This document shows positions 1-12,315 of a stretch of DNA of 64,000 nucleotides, piece by piece. The DNA lies in the NCBI GenBank assembly GCA_036785375.1, contig JAWMAR010000834.1, positions 434,001 to 498,000 on the forward strand, written 5' to 3'. Origin of the DNA: Leucoraja ocellata. Taxonomy: Eukaryota. The notes beneath the pieces were generated by a model. That model did not search any database. It saw only the letters and a program-made list of their open reading frames with translations, and had not been told where the DNA came from. A program made the position numbers and the translations under genes. The first letter of the stretch is position 1; each line of letters starts with the position of its first letter.

Positions 1-159
1 AGTAAAATTACAAGAAGGTGGACAAGTCGATTATTACTAATGAATTAAATCAGCTCTCAAGGAGGGTACTACTACAGTATGTCGATAAGAAAATTGGACC
101 TGAATGCCCACAAGTTATATCTAAAGTACTAGTGCAAGTACTATCTAAACAGCGTCAAG

Positions 160-885
160 TTGGGAAAAGAGGAAGTACAACGGGATCTCGGGCTCCTTGT
201 ACATCAGTCTATGAAAGTAAGCATGCAGGTACAGCAGGCAGTGAAGAAAGTGAATGGCATGTTGGCCTTTATAACAAGAGGAATCAAATATAGCAGCAAA
301 GAGGTCCTTCTGCAGTTGTACAGAGCCCTAGTGAGACAACACCTGCAGTATTGTGTGCAGTTTTGGTCCCCAAATTTGAGGAAGGACATTCTTGCTATTG
401 AGGGAATGCAGCGTAGGTTTACAAGGTTAATTCCCGGGATGGCGGGACTGTCATATGCTGAGAGAATGGAGCAGCTGGGCTTGTACATTCTGGAGTTTAG
501 AAGGATGAGAGGATATCTCATTGAAACATATAAGATTGTTAAGGGCTTGGACACGCTAGAGGCAGGAAACATGTTCCCGATGTTGGGGGAGTCCAGAACC
601 AGGGGCCACAGTTTAAGAATAAGGAGTAGGCCATTTAGAACGGAGACAAGGAAACACTTTTTCTCACAGAGAGCAGTGAGTCAGTGGAATTCTCTGCCGA
701 AGAGGCAGGTTCTCTGGATGCTTTCAAGAGAGAACTGGATAGGGTTCTTAAAAATAGCAGTCAGGGGATATGGGGAGAAGGCAGGAACGGGGTACTGATT
801 GGGGATGATCAGCCATGATCATATTGAATGGTGGTGCTGGCTCGAAGGGCCGAATGGCCTACTCCTGCACCTATTGTCTATTGTC
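160..885 (+). mobile_element. CR1-clade LINE, 5'-truncated 3' fragment (ORF2 C-terminus and 3' tail)
   Basis: ORF 160-798 carries CR1 ORF2 C-terminal motifs (RDLG.LV, LYRALVR.HL.YCVQFWSP, LE.RR.RG, TRGH). The tail reads GGGCCGAATGGCCTACTCCTGCACCTATTGTCTATTG. Confidence 0.93.
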
Positions 886-889
886 CACT

Positions 890-3017
890 ATCATATCTTT
901 CGGCAAATGTGGTTAATTATTTCACGAGTTATTTAGTAAAATGTATCACCAAACTGACATTAAAAAAAAATAACGGCTACCCAGCTGCTGACCTCACAAT
1001 GCCTTTTCTCATGGCCCACCTTGCTCGTCCCCTCCCCCCCCCCCCCCCCCGCAACTCTGGATTAATGCAGCTGTTGTCAATGCGCAGAATTCCACGGGTT
1101 ACATTACCCCCACCCTCAGTTCTTCAAAAGGCGCAGAAAGAACGAGAACGTTTTGCAGATCCTGTTGTCACCAGCGCTCATCGGCACTGAAGAACTTTCT
1201 CTCTCCTCGCAGTCGGTGCACCTTGCTCATGCCCCCCCGGTCAGGCTCTGTCACGCTGGTGGGTGCGCTTCCCCGTGCTGGTCCCCCCGCTGCTTTTCAC
1301 CGTACTCAGATCCCTCCGGGCCTTGTCCTGGACCATGCCTACCGCAGCCTAGCTCGGGCCTGGCGCCTGGTGGGAAGACCGGCTCTACGACCTGGGTAGG
1401 TGCTGCCTCTATCCCCTCCCCCCCTCTACCCCCTCCCAGAGAGGGCAGAGGGGAGGGGGAGGAGGAGAGGGAGGAGAGGGGGGGGAGAGGGATGAAGGGA
1501 GGGGGAAGAGGGGAGAGGGAGGAGGAGAGGGGGGCAGGGGCCTCTCCCTCCCTTCCCTCTTTGCCCACCCTCCTTCTCTGCACCCACCCTTCCTTTCTGC
1601 CCCCTCCTTCCTCTCTGTCCCCCCCCCCCCTCCTCTCTGCCCCCCTCCCTCTCTAGGGAGTGGTGAATATTGGGACATATGGGTCAGTGGTGGAGTATTG
1701 TGTTTGAGAACTAGCCCTCCCCTATGATGCCATGCCCTACCCCCCCCCCCCCCCCCCCCCACGCCACAATCCCTGCCCCCTCATATTCCCTCTCCAACCG
1801 CCCCCGCCCCCCCCTCTCTAGCCATGCCTGCGCAGGGGTTATACGCGCGTGTGTGTGTGTGTGTGTGTGTGATTTTGCTTTTGATTCACATCTCTTCGAA
1901 AACCCGACGCCGAAACGGTGAGGTTTTTACATATTTCGGTAGAGATTTGCCTCATGATTTCAAAAATCTCCTCATCTGTCAATTTCATTAATTATATCGA
2001 AAATTGTTCACCAAACGTACAAAATATTGGCCATTCTCGTCGAGCGGGCGTGGGGCAGCGCAAGGGGAATGTGGCCCTGGCGGCCATTACTCCCTCTGGG
2101 AGAGGCCGTCTATGGAGGCCTGCGATTCCTCCGTTGATCACAGGGACGTGGGGAATCGTGACGGCTTTTCCTCCCTGGTGATCCCGATCGCACCTGCCCC
2201 TTCACAGGGGATGACCATCTCTCCGTCTCCCCTGCCCGATCGTCTGTCATGCTGATGAGTGCGCTTTCCCTTGCGCAAGCCTCGATCGGCCAGCCCTCCA
2301 CTGTTTTTCACCGTCCTCAGAGCGCTGCGGGTCTCGCTCTGGTCCACAACGATTGCAGCCTTGCTTGGGCCCAGCGCCTGATGGGGAGGCTTGTGCACCA
2401 TGACTTGGGTAGGTTCTGCTTCCACCCTCTCCCCCCTGAAGGTGGTGAAGTGGAAGGGGCAGAGTGGGGGATGGAGATGGGGGGATGTGGGAGGGAGGGT
2501 GGAGAGGGGGGTGGAGAGGGGGAAGAGAGGGACCTTTTTCTCTGTCCCCCCCTCTCTGTCCCCCCCTCTCTTCCCCCCCCCCCCCGCCCCCTCCTTCTGC
2601 CCCCCTGCCCCCCTCATCTTCTCTACCCCCATTCCTCTCTGCCCCCCCCCCCCTTCCTCTCTGCCCCTCCCTCCCTCTCGAAGGAATTCCCCACTTCCCC
2701 CTCTCCCTCACTCCCTCTTCTTCCCCTTCTTCTCTCCCCCCTTCCCCTCGACTCTCCCCCCTCTCCCCCTCTGCCCTACCTCCACCTCACCCTTTTCCCC
2801 TCGCCATCTCCCTTCGCACCTCCACATCCACCTTCCTCTCCCTACCTTCTCCCCTCTCCCCCACTCCTCTCCCCCTCGTCCTATCTCTCCCTCCCTCCTC
2901 CTTTCACCTATACTCCTCCCTCCCTGCCCCCTCCCTCCCCCTCTCCCTCCCCCCCCCGTGTGTGTGGGGTGGTTAATGTGTGTGTGATGCAGCCCCCCCC
3001 CCCCCCCCCCAGTCTAG
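890..3017 (+). mobile_element. GC-rich, low-complexity composite repeat; possibly non-autonomous Helitron-like
   Basis: Alternating poly-C/purine tracts, (GT)n and CpG-rich segments, ending in AGTCTAG|T at 3011-3018, which resembles the Helitron CTRR/T terminus. No Rep or helicase coding is seen. Confidence 0.35.
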
Positions 3018-3024
3018 TACGCTA

Positions 3025-3655
3025 TCAATTTAACATAAACATCCACCACAGTGGAATCAACATTCCTCACCGTGATGGAAGGTAATAAATTTCAGTCATC
3101 TTCCTCCTTTGTTCACCCGTGGTGGGCGGGGCTTTGGAACCCTCAGCACTGCCTCTGCCGACGGTCCGCTGCTCAAGCCCTCTCGTCGGGATGATGTAAA
3201 CTCCGGCGTCGGGAGGGATTGGAACACTCCGCGGCATGAAGCTTCCGAGTCGGCCTCTTCTTACCGGAGACTGCGGCTTCATGGTGTTAAAATCCACAGG
3301 CCCCGCGGTCAGAGCACTTCCACAGCGATCCTCGGCAAAGGATCGCCTGATCTGCGATGATAAGTTTGCGCCGCGCTTGCGGCTTGATGCTCCAGGCCAG
3401 TCTCCAGGAAAGGCCGCACCAATCCATGTTGTTGGGCGGCTGGGGGGGGGGGGGGGGGGGACGGAGAAAGATCACATCTCAGTTGAGGTACGTTACCGAA
3501 AAAGGTTTCCCCCAATACCCCCTCCCCCACCCCCACATAAAACATACCGAGAAACATTAAAACATACATTTTAGACACACTAAAAATGACAAAAAAAGTT
3601 GATATGACACACAGGCTGCTGGCGAGGCACCCATCGCGGCGCCACCCAGTGGAAG
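3025..3655 (-). mobile_element. Non-coding hairpin retroposon (SINE-like), copy A
   Basis: On the minus strand: head GGTGGCGCCGCGATGG..CTCGCCAGCAG, T-rich then G-rich tract, GC-rich body, hairpin TCCATCACGGTG..CACTGTGGTGGATG (3042-3079). Same layout as 42020-42895 and 51281-52130. Confidence 0.7.
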
Positions 3656-4914
3656 TGTGGGCGAGTTTGGCTGAAGGGCCTGTTTCCAAGCTATCACTCT
3701 ATGACTATCACTCTATAATGAAAAGTTATGAAAAATAAAGTGTAGTGTCCAGAATAAGCTATTAACTGCAATGGCCAGCAGAACAAACAAACAAACAAAC
3801 GGATTAAAACATACATTGCTGGAAACCCACGGTAATTCAGGCAGCATCTGTGGTGAAAGAGAAAGACTCAGTATTTTAGTCCATCTGTATCTGAGTGTGG
3901 ATCTTTGAAAATCATGAGAACATATTTTTGTGGAATACTACATATCAGGGTTAACCACAAGCACAAGTCTAACAAAAATAGAATAGAATTTAAATTGGAA
4001 TCTGCAGTCTCAGTTGCAAACCCATGTGCTGGTTCATTTTCTGATGAAACATGAAAAGGGAACACTATCAATTTATTAAATAATCCATAATACCTCAAAC
4101 AAAGAGCTGTGATGCAAATCTAGCCTAAATGCCTTCACTTTAGCTGCCACAGGCACAATAGGGTGAATTTCATTCCACATTTTTCAATTATTCAACATTA
4201 CTGCACTGAGGTGAGGTACTCTACTAATAGGCTTACCAGGGATAGATGTGGTGGTGATTAGCACAACCAAAATTAACAAAATTTGGTAGATACTGAGAAT
4301 CTGTAACTTCAGATTTGCCTGAATAGATTGTTAATTGAGTGGACTGACTACGTTGTTTACCAACAGTACTTTCAGTAAAGAGAGCCGCAATGCGAATTGA
4401 AAAAGAGGACAATCTCGAGTGGATTAATTAAAACAAGCAAGCATGGTTCCTCCAAACCTTGAGGCTCCATACTTCAGCTATATGGTGAGGGCATATCTCC
4501 AGGTCGGATCCGAAAAGGTCAGTCTGGCATCTGTTGTTGCTACAGTGAAACATGCTGCCAAACTCTAGTCAGTGTAAAGGGCTCCAATGGCTCCTGAGTA
4601 GGCTGATAAAGGTCCTGAGTAGGCTGATTAAGGACAAGCAGCCAAGTTCGCTTCAAACTTGTAATTGCAAGGAATTGAAGCGCCACATTATGGGAATCAA
4701 AAAATTATAATGCTGGAAATCTGAAATAAAAAACAAAACAATTGTCAGAAATAGTCAACAGATCAGGCAGTATCTGTGGAAACAGAAAGGGTGTTAGCAT
4801 TTCAGGACCAAGGCCTGGAAATTTGAAAAAAAAACATGTTAGCTTGGAGTAGTCAAAAAGATGGGAGGGGGGGAGGGGGGGGGGACTGAGAATGGTTGGA
4901 ATGAAGAGAATATA

Positions 4915-5250
4915 GAAACATAGAAACATAGAAAATAGGTGCAGGAGTAGGCCATTCGGCCCTTCGAGCCTGCACCGCCATTCAATATGATCACGGCTGA
5001 TCATCCAACTCAGTATCCTGTTCCTGCCTTCTCTCCATACCCCCTGATCTCTTTAGCCACAAGGGCCACACCTAACCCTCTTAAATATAGCCAATGAACT
5101 GGCCTCAACTACCTTCTGCAGCAGAGAATTCCAGAGATTCACCACTCTCTGTGTGAAAAATGTTTTCCTCATCTCGGTCCCAACATATTTCCCCCTTATC
5201 CTTAAACTGTGACCCCTTGTTCTGGACTTCCCCAACATCGGGAACATGGG
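4915..5250 (-). mobile_element. CR1 3' fragment
   Basis: Translation MFPMLGKSRTRGHSLRIRG..FFTQRVVNLWNSL and a (CTATGTTT)n tail. Confidence 0.9.
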
Positions 5251-6189
5251 GTGCCCCATACCTCTCGTGGGGTGAGACTGAATTAATTAATATTGCATTT
5301 AGGGTTAGCTGTTAGGATCAGATCATACTTCTTTGTCTTTGTAATGTGTGGCCACGGCTATGGTACATGTCCAGACTGTATTAGTAGAAATAGATAAGCT
5401 GTGGCAAAATTTGACCGTCTGCGGAGAAAGACAGCTTGTGGTGGAGTTGTGTGGAAAGCAAGGGGCTGCATGGAATGAATAAAGAAAATAGTTCCTTTTT
5501 TGTTGCAATTAATAATCCATAAACATAGTTGTGTGCTATCTGATTATCTTGCATAGATGAGGATTCTTGCTGTATTATTAATCGATTATTAGATCATTGG
5601 AGAAATAACGTTATTTGTGTTTGTTGAAGAACACCTTGGTGCAAGTACAGCTGTTAATAAACAATTTCCTTTACATTTAAATGGGTCATTCAGCCCATCT
5701 CCACTTAGTGAATTACTCCACTTCCAACAGCAATATCCTCGAACAAGTAATAAAGATCATGCGCTGACATTTACATCCAAAATAGGTCACAAGCTGGTGT
5801 CGTATGAATATAAACAGCCGCATGAGGTTCTTATAACTTACATACAAAATTTCAAACAAAGAGCTTCACCAATGAACAAGTGGATGGATTGGGATGGATT
5901 GTGACTCGCTAGCTCTCTCAGCAGGTTGTTCCACTCACACATGCCTTTGGTGGCTGTACAGCTGCTGACATGATTCCTGCCTTGCTACTGCAACTGCTCT
6001 GTGAGGCAGAGTGATTTACAAACCATGAGTAAAGCCAGAAGAAGCGCTGGAGCTGCCCATGCACCATTTAGACAGCTTTCCGACAGCTTGTGCTGCCAAA
6101 GGCCATGCTGTATGACTTTATGACTGTGACTCCATGAATTGTTGGTGAATAGCATTTGGGAAAATACCATGCACCCATTCCACGGAACT

Positions 6190-6458
6190 TATAACATATA
6201 ACAATTACAGCACGGAAACAGGCCATCTCGGCCCTACAAGTCCGTGCCGAACAACTTTTTTTCCCCCTTAGTCCCACCTGCCTGCACTCATACCATAACC
6301 CTCCATTCCCTTCTCATCCATATGCCTATCCAATTTATTTTTAAATGATACCAATGAACCTGCCTCCACCACTTCCACTGGAAGCTCATTCCACACCGCT
6401 ACCACTCTCTGAGTAAAGAAGTTCCCCCTCATATTACCCCTAAACTTCTGTCCCTTAG
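6190..6458 (-). mobile_element. CR1 3' fragment
   Basis: Near-identical to the 3' end of the CR1 copies at 43860-44125 and 50340-50615. Confidence 0.9.
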
Positions 6459-7109
6459 GAACTTAACACCATAGGAGATGTTGCAGTGAATAGTATTTAA
6501 AAGGGACAAGCGTTAATTAATAGGATGGTACCTATTGACAAAATTCAGACAATGTTGGAGTTTGGACATTCTGATTACATCAGCTCACAGCTAACAGTTG
6601 ATTGCATAGCAGATGCATTCAAGTTAATTGGTAAGAGGACTTTTCAAAGAGTGGAGGAAATGGAAACTGCACCACCATCTGCCAAAAAAAGGGTAATTTT
6701 GACATAACATAACAGTGAATGGAGGATAGCTTCATGCCATTTATAACTCAACACTACATACAGAATGTGGCTAGACTGGATAATTCCCCCTGTTAATTAT
6801 TTATCTTAACTGTGATTAATTAGAAGTGGAAGTAATGGAGAATTATGCTGATGGAGTTCTTGAGAGATATGAAGAGGCTCAGGAGTAGCATAAACTAACA
6901 TAAGGCCAATAGAGTCTTCATTGCCAGTTCAATGGGAACCAAGTGGGCCAAATGGCTTGCTTCAATTTTGTATTAATTATGCAATATCTGTGACTTGCTT
7001 CTTCAGCGGTCACGCTTGATGACCAAGAATTTTTAATAGAAGTTGAATTAACTGCAATAGTGTATTTTCACAAAAATATGTTAACTGCTAACTGTGCACA
7101 AATAATCAT

Positions 7110-7385
7110 AGGTTCAAGTTCAAGTAAGTTTATTGTCATGTGTCCCTGATAGACAATGAAATTCTTGCTTTGCTTCAGCACACAGAACATAGTGGGCATT
7201 TACTACAAATCAGATCAGTGTGTCCATATACCATTAAATAAACATATACACACATGAATAAGTAAACTGATAAAGTGCAAATAACAGCTAATGGGTTATT
7301 AATGATCAGAGTTTTGTCCGAGCCAGGTTTAATAGCCTGATGGCTGTGGGGAAGTAGCTATTCCTGAACCTGGTCGTTGCAGTCA
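7110..7385 (-). mobile_element. Rex1/Babar LINE 3' end
   Basis: Minus strand reads TTRFRNSYFPTAIRLLN, followed by an AATTTCATTG..ATGACAATAAA tail and (CTTGAA)n. Confidence 0.75.
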
Positions 7386-8227
7386 TCATCATCCACTGAT
7401 ATCCAATATCTTTAACAATGTGTTCATTCTATTTCAGATCTGGATCTCCATTCTAACGTCTGTGAAGAGAACCCTACCTGACACTTTAAACAGTCACTAG
7501 AATCAAAATAACAATATTTTTTTATTTGCTGCTATATTATTTTTGAACAGGGTCAGGAGTGCAATGTGGACCCTTTTAACCCAGACTTAAAGATGTTCCT
7601 TCAGCTATTATCTTGTCATCACAGTAAAACAGTAATAGGTAATTCAAAGAGAATAGTATCTACAAATTGAGTAGCTTTATGATAGATAATTAACTATTAC
7701 AACGTTATCACCTTAGCAACAAGCAAAAGCTATTGTGAGATTATTGTCTCAGTATAAAAGGAACAATTGGTTCCGAGAAACTTATATAAGAAATAATTTT
7801 GTACTTATGTTACATTATGAAAACTGATTATGAATTATGGATCACAGGCATTATACAATCTATTGTCCTTATTTTCCTTAATTTCCCTGAATATAGTCCT
7901 TAAATTTGATTTTATTTAATACCTTGACAGCAAAGAAAGAGACAATTCCATGTTCAAGTCTGCACCAACTCTTTGCAGAGTGGCCCAGTCAATTTTACTT
8001 CGGAGTCACATGAGTGACTACGTGAAGAACCCCGCCAGGAAGCATGCGTGCCATATCGCTACACGCATTGCAACAAGTCACAGCAGGGGGAACGACGTTC
8101 CCCTTAGCAGCAAAAATTGAAAGCCAGGAACAGCAGGTAAGGAGACTCTGTGTTCCAGAATTTGAAAGTCGGGAACAGCAGGTAAGGAGACTCTGCGTTC
8201 CTTCCACTTACCTTACAGGTGGAGACA

Positions 8228-9490
8228 TGGACCAGATCCACGAAGGCTGTGGAAAAGCTGGCAGGGGAGAACCGCGGAGTTGCGGGCAGCCGGCAGCAGC
8301 AGCCAACGGCACGCCAATCTCCCGTAATGGGAACAGCTGTGCCCGACTTCACTCCTGCACCGGCCACGGCCGGGCGGTAGAGTGAAGCAAAAAACTAACA
8401 GAGTCGTTGACTCCGATGAGTCCAACTCTGAATAGCCGCGAGTGGCCAGTGCCTGTGCGCATTGGAGCCGGTTGGAGCGGCTGGGAGCGGGGAACAAAGC
8501 AGCCGCGACAGCCAGTGCCCGAGAGCATAAGAGCCAGTTGGAGCGGCTGCTGGAGGAAATACTCCAAAGTGGCAGGCTCCGGGAGATGGAGGCTAGCCAC
8601 AGTGGGCAGTTAGTAAGCCCCACAGCAGTACCTCTTGTGGGGCTGCACAGTGTTCTCCCTCATCAGAGGGGAGCACGGAGGGTCAATCCTGGAGCAGGAG
8701 CGGCTTCAGGAGCAGCCGCGGCGGCCAGTGACCATGAGGTGGCCAGTGCCCGAGAGCATCGGGGCCATCTGGAGCGGCTGTTGAAGCAGATAAGTGGCAG
8801 GCTCCGGGAGATGGAGACTAGTCACAGGGGGCAGCTAGTAAGTCCTACAGCAGCACCTCTTGTAGGGCTGCACAGTGTTTCTCTCTCATCAGAGGGGAGA
8901 ATAGGGGGTCAATTCTGGGCTGAACCTGAAGAGGGGTGCAGAACATACCCCTAGTGCACATGGGGTGCAAGAAAACCTATTGGAAGACACTTACCATCAG
9001 GGAACTGCAAAACACTGAATGTTCCCAGTATTAACCATTCTATTTGAAAACATGGCAGGGCCAGGGACTTGAAACAACAGAAAGTTCTGAAAGTCCTAAC
9101 AGTGGGAATTACGGGTTTCGCCCGCACAATAAACAAAAAAGACATGACACAAGATCACCAGGATGCACTGGCTTTATTTTGCAACTACCAATACGAGTAA
9201 ACAGCATTAGGAAGAAGTGCCATCCAACCGGCTTTAGACCCTAATTTGCAGGCCTATGCAAACCTGGAACCTCCAAACCACCAATATTACTATTTGGAGG
9301 CAACTTATCAAAACAGCTAAAAGAACTTGACAAAGAGGGTAAAACCCTGGGGCTCATTAAAACAACGTCTAAAAACTACTTCCTGGGGAATGCGCTAACC
9401 CTCAACATCGACCCAACTACAGATCCAGACACCGGCACCTCAACGTCCACGGAGGATGCCGAAAAAGTAACAAACCTACTAATAGTAACC
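8228..9490 (+). pseudogene. DIRS copy 1 ORF1 (gag-like), frameshifted, with internal duplication
   Basis: Position matches ORF1 of copy 2, and remnants such as CCATCAGGGAACTGC (P..NC..L.V) and LLFG..LSKQLKELD match copy 2 ORF1. The block ASAREH..LERLL..SGRLREME..LVSPTA.PLVGLHSV occurs twice, about 231 bp apart. Confidence 0.7.
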
Positions 9491-9500
9491 ATGGAGGAAG

Positions 9501-11090
9501 GTGGGTCTGGTTCCTTACGAGGTTGGTGGGAGATTACAATTCTATCTGGATGCATGGAATAAATTAACTACCGACACTTATATTTTCAGAAGTTATACCA
9601 CAGAATTTATACAAAACATAATCCTCCAGTTCAGCATGTACCGAACCGAATGTTCGTGCTTACAGGCAAAGAAAAAATCAAAAGCGCATGCTGAACTACA
9701 GTGCCCATATAAAAAAGGAGTAATGGAGGATATCCAACACGAATCACAGGAATTTGTGTCCAAAATCTTTATCATAAAATGATGATAAACATCACCATAG
9801 ATTTGACTAATTTGAATACTTTCATACTTTATATTCATTACTAGATGGGAACCTTTGTTACTGCTAAGCAATTGATTCTAAGGTTACTACATGGCAAGCA
9901 TCGTATTAAAAAAATGCTTACTATACAGTACCCATTAGAGGTGACCACAGATGTTATTTAACACAATGGATCATCTGCAGTTCACCTTTAACACAGTTCA
10001 CATGTCACTGACTTTGCCGAAAGAAAAGGTTACAGCCTTAATGGAGGCTTGCAGCAAAACAAAACCATCCATCAGACTGGTAGCAAGAATAATTGGCATT
10101 AGAGTGGCTGCGTTTCCAGCCACACAAATCGGACCTTTACATTATCAAAAATGTCAGAGGGCAAACATTCGTGCACTCAAAAAATTATGGGGGTCATTCT
10201 GACAGACCAATGAAGCTACCAACAGAGGACACAATGGAACTATAATGGTGGAAACATAACATTAGGCATTGTTCCGATCCAAACATTATCAGCTACCCGT
10301 CTATGGAACTACATACTGATGCCAGTGCACTTGGATGGGATGCTACCAATTCCATCTCCAGCTGTGGGGGAGATGGAATGCACAGGAGGCATCATTATTA
10401 CAAACACTGGGCATAAACTACCTGGGAATGTTGAGTGCATTCCATGGCTTTAAGTCATATTGTTCTGGGTTATATCACCAGCATGTTAGACTACAAATTG
10501 ACAACACCACCATGGTAGCATATATCAACCATATGGGTGGAAACATATCGACATCATATGACAATCTGGCCAACACAATTTGGCAATGGTGTATCCAGAG
10601 AGATATTTGGATATCAGCTACCTACTTATCAGGTAAACTGAATTTAGTGGCAGACAACAGGTCACGCTAATTCTATGAAAAACGCTGAATGGATGTTGGA
10701 TAAAAATGTATTGCTGAAATTACAGCATGGTATGGAACACCAGATATCGACCTATTCGCATCCATGCTCACCAGTTATCGAATTATGTTCATGGGAACCA
10801 GAACCTGGGGCAGTGGCTACAGATGCATTTTCGCTGCATTGGGGGATTATTTATTTATGCATTCCCTCTTTCTGCCTCATCAGGCGGGTATTTAGGAATA
10901 TACAGTAGACTCCGTGTCTGATATTTTGATAGTACCCGATTGGCCTACTCAACCATGGGTCCCGGTGATACATGACATGGTTTTAGAACCATGCATCACC
11001 ATCCATCATAGACCTAATTTACTGGTTCTTCCCGCAACAAGGGGTAGTTACCCATGTCATAATTATATAAACCTATTAATTTATATAGTT
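9501..11090 (+). pseudogene. DIRS copy 1 pol (RT with central deletion, RNase H, methyltransferase-like domain)
   Basis: VGGRL start, LHTDAS..GWG, INYL, DNTT.VAYINHMGG, N.VAD..SR, DAFSLHW, YAFP and IVPDWPTQPW. The YLDD region is missing around 9955. Confidence 0.9.
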
Positions 11091-12044
11091 GAAAGCACCA
11101 CTACTACACCTGGGACTGACGGACCGAACAGTGGATATTATTTCAGCGGCCCACAGACAGTCCACCAAAAAACAGTACTTGGGAAATGGGAAGTACTGTC
11201 ACAACAATAAATATCACCCACAGATCTATGAACATCCCGTCTGTTCTGAAATTGCTGGCAAGCCTCCATTACGATGAGAGGCTCAGTCATAGTGCCAACT
11301 GCGCCAGGAGTGCTCTGTCAACATACCTGTGGCAAGGAACAGAGCGGCATTCTGTTGGGACACACCCTGGTAACCAAACTCATGAGGGGCATTTTAATGT
11401 TAATCCCCAAGAACCAGGTACTCCCAAATATGGGATGTGAGCATTGTACTGACCATGTTAAGAAACTGGTCTCCAGCTACAGCTCTGTCCCTACAGAAAC
11501 TGACTATGAAAACAGTCATGCTGATGGCCTTGTTCACGGCACAAAGGGTCCAGTCACTACAGAAACTGAGGCTGGACAACATGATTATTTCATCTGGAAA
11601 TTTAACTTTTCACATCAATGAAATAGTCAAACAGAACAGACAGGGGTCAGCAGGCCTAAAAACAGAATTCAGAGCCTACCCGACAGATGGTCGTCTCTGT
11701 ATTGTAACACACTTACTATTATATATGGAGTATACTAAGATCATCAGAGGGAAAGAAATGTCACTTTAATCAGCTACAAACAGCCACTCAAAAAAGTGAC
11801 AGTCCAGACCATCTCTAGATGGCTAAAACAGGTCCTAATAAAGGCTGGAGTTGACACTAGCATTTTTAAATCTCACTCCACCAGGGCTGCAGCTACATCG
11901 GCAGCTATGAAGTTGGACGTTCCTATAGACCAAATCTTCAAGACAGCAGGATGGTCAACGGAGGAAACTTTCCAACGACTTTATAACAAACCAGTCATTG
12001 AACCTGGGACATTTGCAGAAACAAATTTAAGTTCTGTAATATAA
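11089..12044 (+). pseudogene. DIRS copy 1 tyrosine recombinase, frameshifted
   Basis: Catalytic motifs AQR, HSTRAA, AGW and TFQRLY are spread over ORFs 11089, 11186, 11437 and 11796. Confidence 0.92.
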
Positions 12045-12204
12045 TTTATCCCATAAATAGGGGCAATAATTGGTGTTAATATATTTATCGTTGGGTTTCA
12101 ATATCGTATTGATGTCTAATGATGTTAACTCTATTCTCCCCATAATCAAGGCAGATGTGATGCATGGACTCGTATCCACGGCATGAAATCACAGAGCTTT
12201 AAAA

Positions 12205-12315
12205 TCTTCACGTAGTCACTCACGTGACTCCGAAGTAAAATAGTAAGATTAAACGAGAACTTACCAGTTTGAAGTTTGATCGTTATTTTATGAGGAGTAA
12301 CATTGAGGGAATACG
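12205..12315 (+). other. DIRS copy 1 internal complementary region (ICR)
   Basis: 12205-12240 is the reverse complement of 7993-8028, and 12241-12315 is the reverse complement of 12456-12530. Confidence 0.95.

Noticed and set aside
1153-3085. Long Pro-rich and Gly/Glu/Arg-rich ORFs on both strands
   Set aside because: These arise from stop-poor poly-C/purine low-complexity tracts that are open in most frames.
4592-4633. 21-bp tandem duplication TCCTGAGTAGGCTGAT(A/T)AAGG
   Set aside because: Only two copies; ordinary slippage with no further structure.
7438-7500. Possible + strand terminal exon after TTCTATTTCAG
   Set aside because: No upstream partner exon or recognisable peptide; the acceptor may be chance.
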